Part shown: in pieces, positions 1 to 11,873 of the stretch
How the letters are laid out: the number at the start of each line of letters is the position of its first letter
Position numbering within the stretch: the stretch's first letter is position 1
NCBI RefSeq assembly: GCF_001194135.2
Contig: NC_068986.1
Location: 86,100,474 to 86,140,417, forward strand
DNA: 39,944 bases
Direction of reading: 5' to 3'
Source of the DNA: Octopus bimaculoides
Lineage: Eukaryota
The notes under the pieces: model-generated
What the model saw: the letters and a program-made list of their open reading frames with translations, nothing else
Database searches by the model: none
Told to the model about the DNA's origin: nothing
Translations under genes and position numbers: made by a program

Positions 1-61
<61 letters not shown>

Positions 62-90
62 GTATATATACACACATATACACATATACT
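1..90. repeat. (TA)n/(TATG)n microsatellite
   Basis: Read directly. Confidence 0.95.
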
Positions 91-424
91 TATACATACA
101 TCCTTGAATGTTGTTTCAGTATGTACATACATGTGCGTGCACCTTTACATCATGTGATATGTAACGGCATCAATCGGCAGCTTGTATTATATTATGTGTG
201 TTAGTGTATGTGCTAGTGTATGTATGTATGTTTGTGTGTGCTTGTGTGCGTGTTTGTGTGAAGCTGTACTTGTATATCTATATATACACAATCTTAGTAG
301 ACACAAACATAGATTGACGTAATTTTTTTAAAAAATGACGCTGCAAAAAGGGATTGAGACGCTTCGTTTAACAAGTGCACAAATATGTAGGACCCTCTCA
401 AATATACAACGTCTAGCACGCACC

Positions 425-460
<36 letters not shown>

Positions 461-2039
461 AAAGCCAAGAAATATACCTTAATATAAGCGCTTGTCTGCA
501 CAGTGAAACAGTAAATCAGTCACCTACAAACAAGTTGGAAATTACAGAAGACCTCGAAACTCAACCTCTTCACTTTCCTGTATCTAAACATTAAAAGAAA
601 AAAAACTCAAGTTGAATCAGGAAAACTTGGCAAAATGAACTAATTTACGCTCGCTTTGTTTTTCCGCACATATGTGTAGGAATCATACTGCTGTAACTAT
701 TGTTGATGTTGTTAGAGAGTTTCATCTATGTTATCAATGAGCAGAGTCGAAGAAACTAGTTTGGTCCGAATGATTTTCAAATGAAATCAGAAAAGAAAAA
801 GGAAGGAAAACCATGATGTAATGCAAACTCCACACGAACTATGATAAAATGTTTTAAGACCTCTTCAATGTAAACTAAAGTAAATTTTAGTTGAATGTAA
901 ATTCTGATTGGCTCTCTTTACCTTGTGTTTGTTAATCACCCATTAAGTGGTTTTTACGCTCCACTGAAGCACGTATTACGATTAACAACAGAGGTTACCA
1001 TAAAGTTCTACGCAAATGCATTGTGATTGGGTGTATTTTATTTTATATTATTTTATTGCTCTCTCTTATTTGTTTTCCTTATTGTTGCTTTCGTCGTTGC
1101 TTGTTTGTTTGTCAGATATTTTCTTTCTGGTTTAGGAGTCCTACGTCCGAGTGGTTGCCTTCATTTATCAATAGTAACTGCTTCTTTTCTTGAACTTAAC
1201 GAATAAGATTTTACATTTTCTTTAAATTCAATATTTCTTCTGAGTAAGTAGAACTTTCAAATGAAGTGTTTTTTTCTATTTACCTTGCTCTTTCTCTTCC
1301 TATCTATCTCCCCTCTCTCCCTTCCTCGCCATCTCTCTCTCTCTCTCAGACATTTTATAAAGAGTACACATGCACAACTATATAATAGTATACAATAGAC
1401 TTGGAAGGCAATTACACTTTCTAAAATACCCTTGCAAGTTATTCGTGTATGAATTAACAGCCAAATAACAATGATTAAAAAATGATTGTTATTTACATTT
1501 ATTATTTCCCAAATATATTTGTGATATTTCGTAATCTTTTATCGTTTTTTTCTTTTCTTTTCAATGTTCGCCGTGTGTTTATACTTAAGTAAATATTTTC
1601 ATGATCGAACCACTCTGTATTCCTTGAATGATTGACGGTTATAGCTATGTTGAAGCACAACTGTTGAAAGCTAGTATGAATAACTGTACAACTTGTACAT
1701 TGCCGATATATAATACTGCGAGATGTAGGAAGAGACAGGACGAATAAGTTCATGGAAAGTCATCGATGAATCTGTGGAGCTTTCGGCAACTAGAAATTTA
1801 ATGCAGTGTTTTAATGTGCATACAATTTCATTGGTAAATGAGTGCTTCCAGATTATGCAACCAGGTTATTCATTGAAGTTTTAACGCAAACATTATCTAC
1901 AACTTCCCGAAGTCACATATAACAGAATTCAACATTCCAGCTAACCGTTGCAGTTTCAAGTTTGAAAGGAACAATAAAAATACACTTTTGTCTATGATAT
2001 AGTTTTAAAACTTCAAATATACAAAGTATAAGTCAGTAA

Positions 2040-2093
2040 ATACATACACACGCATTCGCACATACATACATACATATGTACGTACGTACGGAC

Positions 2094-2124
<31 letters not shown>

Positions 2125-2262
2125 TGTATGTATGCATGTATGTATGTGTGTATGTATGTATATACATATAAGTGTATGTGTATACATTCACATGCATATA
2201 ATATATATTGTATATCTATATATATGAGTGTGTTCTCTGTGTGTGCGCATGTGTGTGTGTGT
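2040..2262. repeat. Compound (TACA)/(TATG)n/(TG)n microsatellite
   Basis: Read directly; accounts for ORFs 2005..2187, 2013..2351 and 2104..2319. Confidence 0.9.
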
Positions 2263-2893
2263 ATTAATGGACGAATGTTATATAATGATGAAATATTGTC
2301 TGATATCGAACTGAATTGAAAACGTGGAGTTATTATCTGGTAAATACGCAATACAAGTTATATAAACACTATATGACGTCATATAGAACAAGTATAGTAT
2401 ATAAACGTAACCGTTTTGTACAAACAAACCGAACAATGAGCTTTGTTTAGTAAAATGTAATTTCGTATTCATTGGGCGAGATATTAATTTTAGTGAACTG
2501 ACACATGATATGTAAATACGAAGGTTGGTTTGAGTTGGGTCTAATACAAGGGATAAACTAGTATTAAAGACACGTAATTTTATACTTCAAAATTAATGAA
2601 GAGTGTGTGAGTGAAAGATAATTATTTACATCAAAACTAATCCAAGATAATTTTCTACAAATAAGAGAAGTAAATTCATAGGATGGTAATGCATAAATTA
2701 TACGCACCCGATATCTCCAAATATTTAGTGCATTAAACTTGTGAGGTACATTTTATATTTATAGACGCAAAGAGTTAGCTATATGATTTTTATGACACAA
2801 GAAATTGAGTTCCTGAGAGTATTATATTTCCTTCTCTCTTTTCTTTTTCTTTATGTCCATTTACTGATTCAATATATACATATAATTTAAAGT

Positions 2894-3268
2894 GGAGGCG
2901 CAATGGCCCAGTGGTTAGGGCAGCTGACTCGCGGTCGTAGGATCGCGGTTTCGATTCCCAGACCGAGCGTTGTGAGTGTTTATTCAGTGAAAACACCTAA
3001 AGCTCCACGAGGCTCCGGCAGGGGATGGTGGCGAACCCTGCTGTACTCTTTCACCACATCTTTCTCTCACTCTTACTTCTTGTTTCTGTTGTGCCTGTAA
3101 TTCAAAGAGTCAGCCTTGTCACGCTGAATATCCCCGAGAACTACGTTAAGGGTACACGTGTCTGTGGAGTGCTCAGCCACTTGCACGTTAATTTCACGAG
3201 CAGGCTGTTCCGTTGATCGGATCAGCTGGAACACTCGACGTCGTAAGCGACGGAGTGCCAGCAACAAC
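2894..3268 (+). mobile_element. tRNA-derived SINE, family A, copy 1 (full length)
   Basis: Head GGAGGCGCAATGGCCCAGTGG has a Pol III A box and a B-box-like GGTTTCGATTCCC. The body is nearly identical to 9418-9772 and 32785-33179. It ends ...CTCGACGTCGTAAGCGACGGAGTGCCAGCAACAAC and lacks the 10 bp between the two TGTCAC repeats seen in the other copies. Confidence 0.92.
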
Positions 3269-3327
3269 ATAGAATTCAAGATATAATGTTCCAAATGTTG
3301 GCACAAAGGTAGAAGTTTGAACAGGAA

Positions 3328-5010
3328 AGGGTAGTCTAGTAAATCAGTCTCAGTATTTGAGTGGTACTTTATTTTGTCAACCCTGAATGCATGAAAGGTA
3401 AAGTTCGCCTCGATGGGATTTGAACGAATAGAATATCGGAAAAAAATGTCGATAAGCATTTTCTCTGACGCGCTAACGATTTTAGCAGGGCGCCACTTTT
3501 TATTCTAGATATAATTCTTTCTACTAAAGGATTGAAACTTTGTGGTTGCGAGATCCTCGGTTGATATCGTCCCCCTTGTCTGGTACTTATTTTTTCGATT
3601 CCGAAGGACCAAAAGAAAAGTCGAAGTCGGCGGAATGTGAACGCAGAAAATAATTCAAAATTTAAGAATTCAATACAAAATTAATTAACATGTAGTGGCA
3701 TGTGTACTGTGGTGCAGAAGGCCACACCATATGATCTGGGAATGAAGGCGGTTTCAATCCCTAATTGAAGTGTTATCATTGCGATTGATCAGTTAATATT
3801 CTGATTAATTTTCCTCGAAGCATCTGGTTGCCTAGTGAACAATCAAAATGAAGTGATATTAGCGAGAAATACATACAACCCGTGTGTTCTTCGTAAAAGA
3901 CTTAGAGATCTCTTGATAAAAACAGTAATTTAAAATTAGTGAGTTGGCGAAATAGATATATCATTTGGTTTATATATTTATCGTCTGTTACGTTCTGAGT
4001 TCAAATTCAACTGAAATCAAAATTGCTTTGTGTCATTCCTTTTCGCAAGATTATACATTATCCAAGTATTTAATGGAATATAACATTTTCCCCCCCAAAT
4101 GGTTGATCGGGCGTCTATATTTTTACATAAAAGGAATTGTAAAGAAATGAAAGAATCGGTAAAATATCAAAGAAAATGCCTCGCAATATTTAGCCATTTT
4201 TTTAACGCTCCAAGTTCAAGTCCATCTTAGTTATCTACTCTTTTATCCTTACGGGGACGATAAAACAATGCATCCAAGAATAACTTGTGACAATGCGACC
4301 TATTGTACACCCACTTCAAATAAATGTTTGACCTTGTTGTAATGTTAGAAATATATTTTATTTAAACCGTGGGTGTACAAAAAGTGGGACCTCGGACAAA
4401 ATACAAGGAGTTATTTTGTTGTGATACTTCATATTCTACAACAAGCCAACTGTGAATATACAAAATCAACAACGGCTCATTTTAATAAGTCTGAATAAAG
4501 TAGAAATTTTAAAATTTCCATTATTAGATGTTGCTCACATCAACATGATATGGCATAAATACATGTTTTAAATTTGTACTGAAATTTGTACTGAAATTTT
4601 GAAAGTGGTAAAGCCATTTTCGTAAAAACAAGAAATTCTTGAGAATTGAAGCAATACATCCAGATTATTGATAGATCCCTTTCGACACAATAGTTTAAAG
4701 TAGTTTACAACTCATATTTTAGGAAATGGATCAATGGAATATTGTTAGAGGCTAAAAGCCTTCTGGTACAAGGCAACCCTAGCAATGGTCAGAAAATTGT
4801 TCGAAACTTTCTCCTCTGTCTTGTTCCAAACAGCGAATTATAATCCTTTCTATAATACATACGGGGCTGAAATTTTGCTTGGTGGAGCTAGTCCATTACA
4901 GCGACCCTAGTACTAATTTAAATGGTATATATTTTGTCAAACACCAAGAAGATGAAAGCCAACTCGACCTCGTTGTGATTTGAGATCAGTATGTAAAGAC
5001 GAATGAAATG
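3328..5010. mobile_element. Cluster of about five heavily decayed family B SINE remnants
   Basis: Degenerate matches to the family B core at about 3328-3500 (-), 3535-3648 (-), 3925-4050 (+), 4200-4265 (+) and 4870-5010 (-). Examples: GGTACTT..TTTT..ATGAAAG..GTCGA..GGAAT.TGAAC and TACGTTCTGAGTTCAAATTC. Confidence 0.55.
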
Positions 5011-5156
5011 TCAAAGCAACGTATTCTAATAGAACATTAAAAATTAGTTTAGCGAAACACAATTTGTTTTTTAGTTAAAATATTTCATTGCAAATATTTT
5101 TCATTGATTTAATTTATTTTGATTAAATAGAAGTCAAAAAGCTAGCTGTTCTGAAA

Positions 5157-5190
<34 letters not shown>

Positions 5191-5840
5191 NNNNNNNNNN
5201 NNNNNNNNNNNNNNNNNNNATATATATGTAACAATGTCATCTTGATAGTAGAAGATTTGTTATATTTGAATTGAAATGAAAGGAACTGTTGACCTGAATG
5301 GGAATACAATTGAGAAACCGGAAGAAAAGTAAAATAAGAATATTAATAGATTCTAATCTGAAATGAAACTGTAGACATTTTATTTTTATAAATTTCATGA
5401 AATGCCAGACAATATTAACGAAAAAGTAACAAAATTGATATCGTAATACAGTAAATCAGGAATACGTTGTTGTTGAATGGTTTTAGAAAGGAAGGCAGTA
5501 ATTTACATTAGTTAAAATGGTTCGCTGAATCACTTGTTTTGCTAATTTAATTCTTACGTTATTAAGAGATATAAGTAAATATAAAAAAAGAAAGACTTAG
5601 AGAAACCTCTGCTCGCGGGTTTATGTATGTTAGAAATTCTCCAATGGAAGGCGAACTAGACTCGATATATTTCACGTTACTACGAATTTGATAGGAACAG
5701 AAACCGATGGCAACCCAATGGGATCAAATTTCAATTTTAAAGCTGATCGATATTTGTCATGCTTTTAATATTTTCATCAATCTGACTCTACTCCTGACTA
5801 ATTTATTTTCCAGTGTCTTGTTAGATGTGAATAGTCTGAA

Positions 5841-5945
5841 GGTGCGTAGCCTAGTGTTGCATTCATGACCGAAAAATCATGAGCTTTGATTACTAAACCG
5901 GACGGCACGTTGCGTTCCTGAGCAAAACACTTCATTACTATCAGC
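5841..5945 (+). mobile_element. Decayed tRNA-like SINE head, family D
   Basis: GTAGCCTAGTG..CATGACC..CCGGACGGCACGTTGCGTTCCTGAGCAAAACACTTCATT. An inverse counterpart lies at 31038-31140. Confidence 0.5.
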
Positions 5946-6711
5946 GTGTGAAAGAATTTCAGCAAAAGCGATGGACCGGAGTCCTATTCAAGAGTGGGTA
6001 TTGTAATGTTAGTCACTTACAAACTAAGGAGACAGGATTGAGCTCCGAACTTATGAGTCCTAATGTTTTGAAGTAATAAAGTGATGTAGATAATGAACCG
6101 GTGATAGACAACTGAACTCTTGAAATTTTACAATTTTCACATCTCTAACCAATTTTATAGAACACAATTTACATTAGTTGATTGTTCACTGGTTCACATG
6201 TGTGTGGTTCGTTCTTATTGATAACATTTGTAACTTCAATATTTTTGTCGTTATATATATATTAGCACGTATTGCTCTGTCGTAGACTGTTAGTTTGTTA
6301 GATTCATTAGCATTTCTTGTCCTCTGTGGATTTCTTAATTTAGTACTTTGTTTATGGAAGAGAATAAAATTCCAATTCTAAGTAAGGGAAATTTTGTATA
6401 TAATTGGATATTCTATTCTATCATGTCAATATATTCTTTAATCTGTATTTGTGTGATAAAGGGACGTGATGTATAACGTATTTTTGTATGTTACAGTATT
6501 TATATCTGGAAATCAAGTTATAGCATTATTACTAGTATTATTTATGATGTATTACACGTTGTTTTAATAGGGTGTTGAATACAAACTACATTAACCTGAG
6601 GTACACTTAAATGCTGGAGGAACATGAAAAATTGACAAGTACATACGTATTTCAAGAATGACCAATTAATTACATTGCATTTTTCAAGTACACGCACACA
6701 CACATATACAT

Positions 6712-6757
<46 letters not shown>

Positions 6758-6861
6758 GGAGTAAGCACATGAAATGTGCAACAAGGTGGAAAAAAGAGTA
6801 CTCAAATACCAGAGGTAGAGTAATATGCTTTATTTAAAAGCAGCAGAAATATAACAAAAAA

Positions 6862-6901
6862 AACGTTACTCTGAGTTTCACGTTCCCGTTCATCGGACAG
6901 T
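6862..6901 (-). ncRNA. Minimal hammerhead-like motif with a variant core (CCGAUGA)
   Basis: Minus strand ACTGT-CCGATGA-ACG(GGAA)CGT-GAAA-CTC(A)GAG-TA-ACGTT gives stem II with a GNRA loop, stem III with a 1-nt loop, a GUA cleavage triplet and a partial stem I. Confidence 0.55.
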
Positions 6902-6917
6902 TACTGTCCGATGAACG
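6887..6917. repeat. Perfect palindrome (15-bp arms, 1-nt spacer) truncated by an assembly gap
   Basis: CGTTCATCGGACAGT-T-ACTGTCCGATGAACG; the gap begins at 6918. Confidence 0.95.
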
Positions 6918-7575
6918 NNNNNNNNNNNNNNNNNNNNNNNNNNNNNNNNNNNNNNNNNNNNNNNNNNNNNNNNNNNNNNNNNNNNNNNNNNNNNNNNNNN
7001 NNNNNNNNNNNNNNNNNNNNNNNNNNNNNNNNNNNNNNNNNNNNNNNNNNNNNNNNNNNNNNNNNNNNNNNNNNNNNNNNNNNNNNNNNNNNNNNNNNNN
7101 NNNNNNNNNNNNNNNNNNNNNNNNNNNNNNNNNNNNNNNNNNNNNNNNNNNNNNNNNNNNNNNNNNNNNNNNNNNNNNNNNNNNNNNNNNNNNNNNNNNN
7201 NNNNNNNNNNNNNNNNNNNNNNNNNNNNNNNNNNNNNNNNNNNNNNNNNNNNNNNNNNNNNNNNNNNNNNNNNNNNNNNNNNNNNNNNNNNNNNNNNNNN
7301 NNNNNNNNNNNNNNNNNNNNNNNNNNNNNNNNNNNNNNNNNNNNNNNNNNNNNNNNNNNNNNNNNNNNNNNNNNNNNNNNNNNNNNNNNNNNNNNNNNNN
7401 NNNNNNNNNNNNNNNNNNNNNNNNNNNNNNNNNNNNNNNNNNNNNNNNNNNNNNNNNNNNNNNNNNNNNNNNNNNNNNNNNNNNNNNNNNNNNNNNNNNN
7501 NNNNNNNNNNNNNNNNNNNNNNNNNNNNNNNNNNNNNNNNNNNNNNNNNNNNNNNNNNNNNNNNNNNNNNNNNNN

Positions 7576-7607
<32 letters not shown>

Positions 7608-8266
7608 ATCCATCCAGTGAAAGCATCCAGCAGCATTTATTCTAAGACTCTGTGGAAAGATGTCAGGTGACATGAAATGAACCTCGTTACTCACCTTTCA
7701 CAGAAATCAAAGTTTCAGCACTCTGAGAATCACACTGAGGATACCAGAAAGATCTGCGTGAAATCATCTGTCATTTCGCCTGTTAGATTTTGATCCTGGT
7801 CGAAGGTTTAGTAATCAGAAGCGAAGAACATCTGTTCGCGAAGGCTTTTAACTTTCTAACTAACCACTTGACACAGATCAAACGACTCTCTTTGCAAACA
7901 ATGACTTGGTTTCTTCGAAGTACATACAACTTGTCAAGACTGTCCCACTTCACATAGTCCACTCCGACACTTGAGAATATTTTTCGATTGGCACTTGGCA
8001 CATTGACTTCCTGGGATCATCATCGATGTTTGGAATTCAAGGTGCGGACTTTGAAGTCCTTAGTATGTCTATGCAATTAGACTACTTTTTTTCCCCCCAT
8101 TTGATACAGTTGAAATATTCTCGTCAGAAACTTCCAATTTCATCCAAATTTTGTGAACAAAATACCTTATTATATCTTTAAAATTAGGAAAATCTATATC
8201 ACTATATTTCGCACTCATGGCAACAATGACTGAATGTTACTTTGTTTCTTTTCTTAGCATTTTATC

Positions 8267-8328
8267 TGCTATGGTGGGGGGACAAACAAACACACAAATA
8301 CATATATACATACATACATACATACATG

Positions 8329-8368
<40 letters not shown>

Positions 8369-8770
8369 NNNNNNNNNNNNNNNNNNNNNNNNNNNNNNNN
8401 NNNNNNNNNNNNNNNNNNNNNNNNNNNNNNNNNNNNNNNNNNNNNNNNNNNNNNNNNNNNNNNNNNNNNNNNNNNNNNNNNNNNNNNNNNNNNNNNNNNN
8501 NNNNNNNNNNNNNNNNNNNNNNNNNNNNNNNNNNNNNNNNNNNNNNNNNNNNNNNNNNNNNNNNNNNNNNNNNNNNNNNNNNNNNNNNNNNNNNNNNNNN
8601 NNNNNNNNNNNNNNNATATATATGACGGGCTTCTTTTAATTTCTGTGTACTAAATACACTCACAAGGTTTTGTTCGACTCGAATCTATAGTAGAAGACAC
8701 TTGCCTAAGGTTCCACGCAGTGGGACTGAACCTAGAAACATATGGCAGGGAAGCAAGCTTCTTGACACAC
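8267..8770 (-). mobile_element. tRNA-derived SINE, family C (head, CORE-like motif, internal microsatellite; spans a gap)
   Basis: Minus strand: AAGAAGCTTGCTTCCC...GGTTCAGTCCCACTGCGTGGAACCTTAGGCAAGTGTCTTCTACTATAG...AAAGAAGCCCGTCATATAT, then (TA)n/gap/(TATG)n, then TTTGTCCCCCACCATAGC. CCTTRGGCAAGT resembles the conserved core of CORE-type SINEs. Confidence 0.75.
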
Positions 8771-8779
8771 ATATTCCTA

Positions 8780-8957
8780 TATTATTTAACTATTTTCACT
8801 CATTGAAGCGTGGATGTGCTGGATCACTGGCTTGAAGAATTGTGTCGAAGGAATCGATCCCCAGTACTTATTGTTTTCAAGCCTGGTACTTATTATATCA
8901 GTTTCTTATGTCGAACTGCTAAGTTACGGGAACGAAAACACACTTAACACTGGCTAT
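8780..8957 (-). mobile_element. SINE family C, 3' half
   Basis: Minus strand CGCCACTGTTTGATAGCC..GTGTGTTTTCGTTCCCGTAACTTAGCAGTTCG..AATAAGTACCAGGCTT..GTACTGGGGATCGATT matches 26290-26475. Confidence 0.7.
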
Positions 8958-9130
8958 CAAACAGTGGCGTGTTTACATCTCCGTAACATAGCGATCTGGC
9001 AAAAGAGACCGCTAGATTAAGTACCAGGCTTGAACTAACTATAAATACTGGGTTCGACACGTGTGACTAAATTTCTTCAAAGTGTGCCCTCGCGTGGCCG
9101 CAGTTTAATGAGTAAAACAAGTAAAAGATT
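8958..9130 (+). mobile_element. SINE family C, 3' half
   Basis: GTTTACATCTCCGTAACATAGCG..GGCAAAAGAGACCG..TAAGTACCAGGCTT..GTGGCCGCAG..AAACAAGTAAAAGA matches 26320-26475. Confidence 0.72.
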
Positions 9131-9413
9131 GTATATATATATCTTAGTTATTTGAGAGGGATTATCAATTCAGGCCAAATATTTCACGATCTTTCTGTTA
9201 GTATACAAGGCTAACAATATTGTTTAGATTGGTGAAGTCCAATATTCCTGCGGCAGGGTTAGAGGTTATAGTTCATCCCTACTCCATACTGTAAATCCAT
9301 GGTTGTACTCCAGTTATCCAATTACATAGAGTGATATACAAGACAAAGTATAAACATGATCATTACATATCTTTCCTTTATTGGAATAAATTTGGCTTAC
9401 ACTTGTTTCCAGT

Positions 9414-9772
9414 TCGTGGAGGCGCAATGGCCCAGTGGTTAGGGCAGCGGACTCGCGGTCATAGGATCGCGGTTTCGATTCCCAGACCGGGCGTTGTGAG
9501 TGCTTATTGAGCCAAAACACCTAAAAGCTCCTCGAGGCTCCAGCAGGGGATGGTGGCGAACCCTGCTGTACTCTTTCACCACAACTTTCTCTCACTCTTA
9601 CTTCCTGTTTCTGTTGTGCCTGTAACTCAAAGGGTCAGCCTTGTCACTCTGTGTCACGCTGAATATCCCCGAGAACTACGTTAAGGGTACAAGTGTCTGT
9701 AGAGTGCTCAGCCACTTGCTCGTTAATTTCACTAGAACGCTGTTCCGTTGATCACATCAACTGGAACCCTCG
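9414..9772 (+). mobile_element. tRNA-derived SINE, family A, copy 2 (3'-truncated, 15-bp TSD)
   Basis: Same head and body as copy 1, but stops at ...CTGGAACCCTCG(AC). Flanked by the perfect direct repeat ACACTTGTTTCCAGT at 9399-9413 and 9773-9787. Confidence 0.92.
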
Positions 9773-10124
9773 ACACTTGTTTCCAGTATTCGTTACTCAA
9801 TACGATTATATATCAGTTGAGAAAAGTTGAATTACCTAGAACATCAATGCTACTTTCCCCAAAGTCATTTCTGGTTATAGCAAAACGGGACTCTGAAAGA
9901 ATGATACAAGGATGTGGGGGATGGTTTGGGAGAAAACAGGCATTTGGAAGAAAAGAAGCATGTGGAAGAAAGATAAAGAGAAAAGGGAAAGCGAAGTGAT
10001 AATTTGGAAGGGAAGAAGTAAAGTGAAGAGAATGAAAGAACACATGTGAGGAAGGAATAGAATGAATAAAGGAGGGAAGGCATTCGATATATATATATGT
10101 ATATATATCGAATATATATATATC

Positions 10125-10183
<59 letters not shown>

Positions 10184-10214
10184 AGCTGAAGCCTATAAAC
10201 GTACACATGTGAGA

Positions 10215-10530
10215 GCTTAAGTTTCAATTTTCTAACGTACATTTAAGCAGAAATTAGCGACTTAATTTTGGAGAAAAAATACATAGTTAATTAAAACCCA
10301 ACAACACTGATGTAGCGTACGATGCAATTAACCCACGTGTTAATTAATACTATTTACGCTCATAATATAACATATCTCCTGTTCTTATTATAAGATTTGG
10401 TTACTTAATGCACATTTGACAGGCAAGCATAATTCCTCCATTAACACCTGCAGCACCCAAAAACTCTAAGGAACAATGCTACTATAAATATGCCAATAAT
10501 CCCTTTCTTAGATTTACTAATTATGAACAT
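10215..10530 (+). repeat. Unclassified old AT-rich interspersed repeat, copy 1
   Basis: Collinear blocks shared with 13880-14205: TTTAAG.AGAAATTA.CGACTTAATTTT, TAGTTAATTAA, GTACGATGCAATTAA, TATAAGATTT..ACTTAAT, AACACCTGC. Confidence 0.7.
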
Positions 10531-10693
10531 AATGCCAGCACCATATTGTTTAATCTTGGCTGAAACGATACTGAGAATTAACACAATAGAAACATCCATA
10601 TTTCAGATATTTTCATTTTGTTTATAATGTTTATTAGTATATATAACAACAGTAGCAGCAACACCAACAGCTTTATACGTTTGTGTATCTGAA

Positions 10694-10703
10694 GAGAGAG
10701 AGA

Positions 10704-10758
<55 letters not shown>
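10694..10758. repeat. (AG)n microsatellite running into a gap
   Basis: Read directly. Confidence 0.95.
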
Positions 10759-11537
10759 NNNNNNNNNNNNNNNNNNNNNNNNNNNNNNNNNNNNNNNNNN
10801 NNNNNNNNNNNNNNNNNNNNNNNNNNNNNNNNNNNNNNNNNNNNNNNNNNNNNNNNNNNNNNNNNNNNNNNNNNNNNNNNNNNNNNNNNNNNNNNNNNNN
10901 NNNNNNNNNNNNNNNNNNNNNNNNNNNNNNNNNNNNNNNNNNNNNNNNNNNNNNNNNNNNNNNNNNNNNNNNNNNNNNNNNNNNNNNNNNNNNNNNNNNN
11001 NNNNNNNNNNNNNNNNNNNNNNNNNNNNNNNNNNNNNNNNNNNNNNNNNNNNNNNNNNNNNNNNNNNNNNNNNNNNNNNNNNNNNNNNNNNNNNNNNNNN
11101 NNNNNNNNNNNNNNNNNNNNNNNNNNNNNNNNNNNNNNNNNNNNNNNNNNNNNNNNNNNNNNNNNNNNNNNNNNNNNNNNNNNNNNNNNNNNNNNNNNNN
11201 NNNNNNNNNNNNNNNNNNNNNNNNNNNNNNNNNNNNNNNNNNNNNNNNNNNNNNNNNNNNNNNNNNNNNNNNNNNNNNNNNNNNNNNNNNNNNNNNNNNN
11301 NNNNNNNNNNNNNNNNNNNNNNNNNNNNNNNNNNNNNNNNNNNNNNNNNNNNNNNNNNNNNNNNNNNNNNNNNNNNNNNNNNNNNNNNNNNNNNNNNNNN
11401 NNNNNNNNNNNNNNNNNNNNNNNNNNNNNNNNNNNNNNNNNNNNNNNNNNNNNNNNNNNNNNNNNNNNNNNNNNNNNNNNNNNNNNNNNNNNNNNNNNNN
11501 NNNNNNNNNNNNNNNNNNNNNNNNNNNNNNNNNNNNN

Positions 11538-11873
11538 AACAGCGAAACGGGCTGATTACTACCTAGAACAGATTCCAGGAAACCCCAAAATGGCTGAAGT
11601 TCAAAAGATAGTGCTGATGGGAACTGCCCATATCCTACGTAAAATACTGTCTATGTGATCTCAAATTTTAAAGCAAACACATAATTTTCTTATGGTTTCT
11701 TAAACATTCACTTGAACAAAACTGTACAAATCCAAATATATGGTACCCTAGGCATAACACCTACATGAACTTCTAACTTGTTGTCTCTTGAGGTCTCTGG
11801 GTGAGACTTGGATCCAACTTGTACAAATGCAAAACAGAAGTCAAACATAAAATAATAATAATAATAATAATAA
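11538..11873 (+). mobile_element. R4/Dong-type non-LTR retrotransposon 3' end with (AAT)n tail
   Basis: 11539-11658 translates TAKRADYYLEQIPGNPKMAEVQKIVLMGTAHILRKILSM*, with the QK..L.GTA.ILRK.L C-terminal motif of RLE-type elements. About 190 bp of 3' UTR follows, then (AAT)n at 11851-11873. The 5' part is hidden in a gap. Confidence 0.75.

Noticed and set aside
2894-2970. tRNA-like sequence (also 9418-9495 and 33105-33179)
   Set aside because: It has A/B boxes but no proper acceptor stem or cloverleaf, and it continues into a shared 300-bp body with TSDs. These are SINE heads, not tRNA genes.
2790-3216. ORFs repeated at 2790/9314 and overlapping ORFs such as 2903, 3025 and 32635
   Set aside because: They are incidental translations of SINE family A.
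2878-3280. Possible degenerate TSD for SINE A copy 1 (ACATATAATTTAA vs ACATAGAATTCAA)
   Set aside because: Two mismatches in 13 AT-rich bases; not distinguishable from chance.
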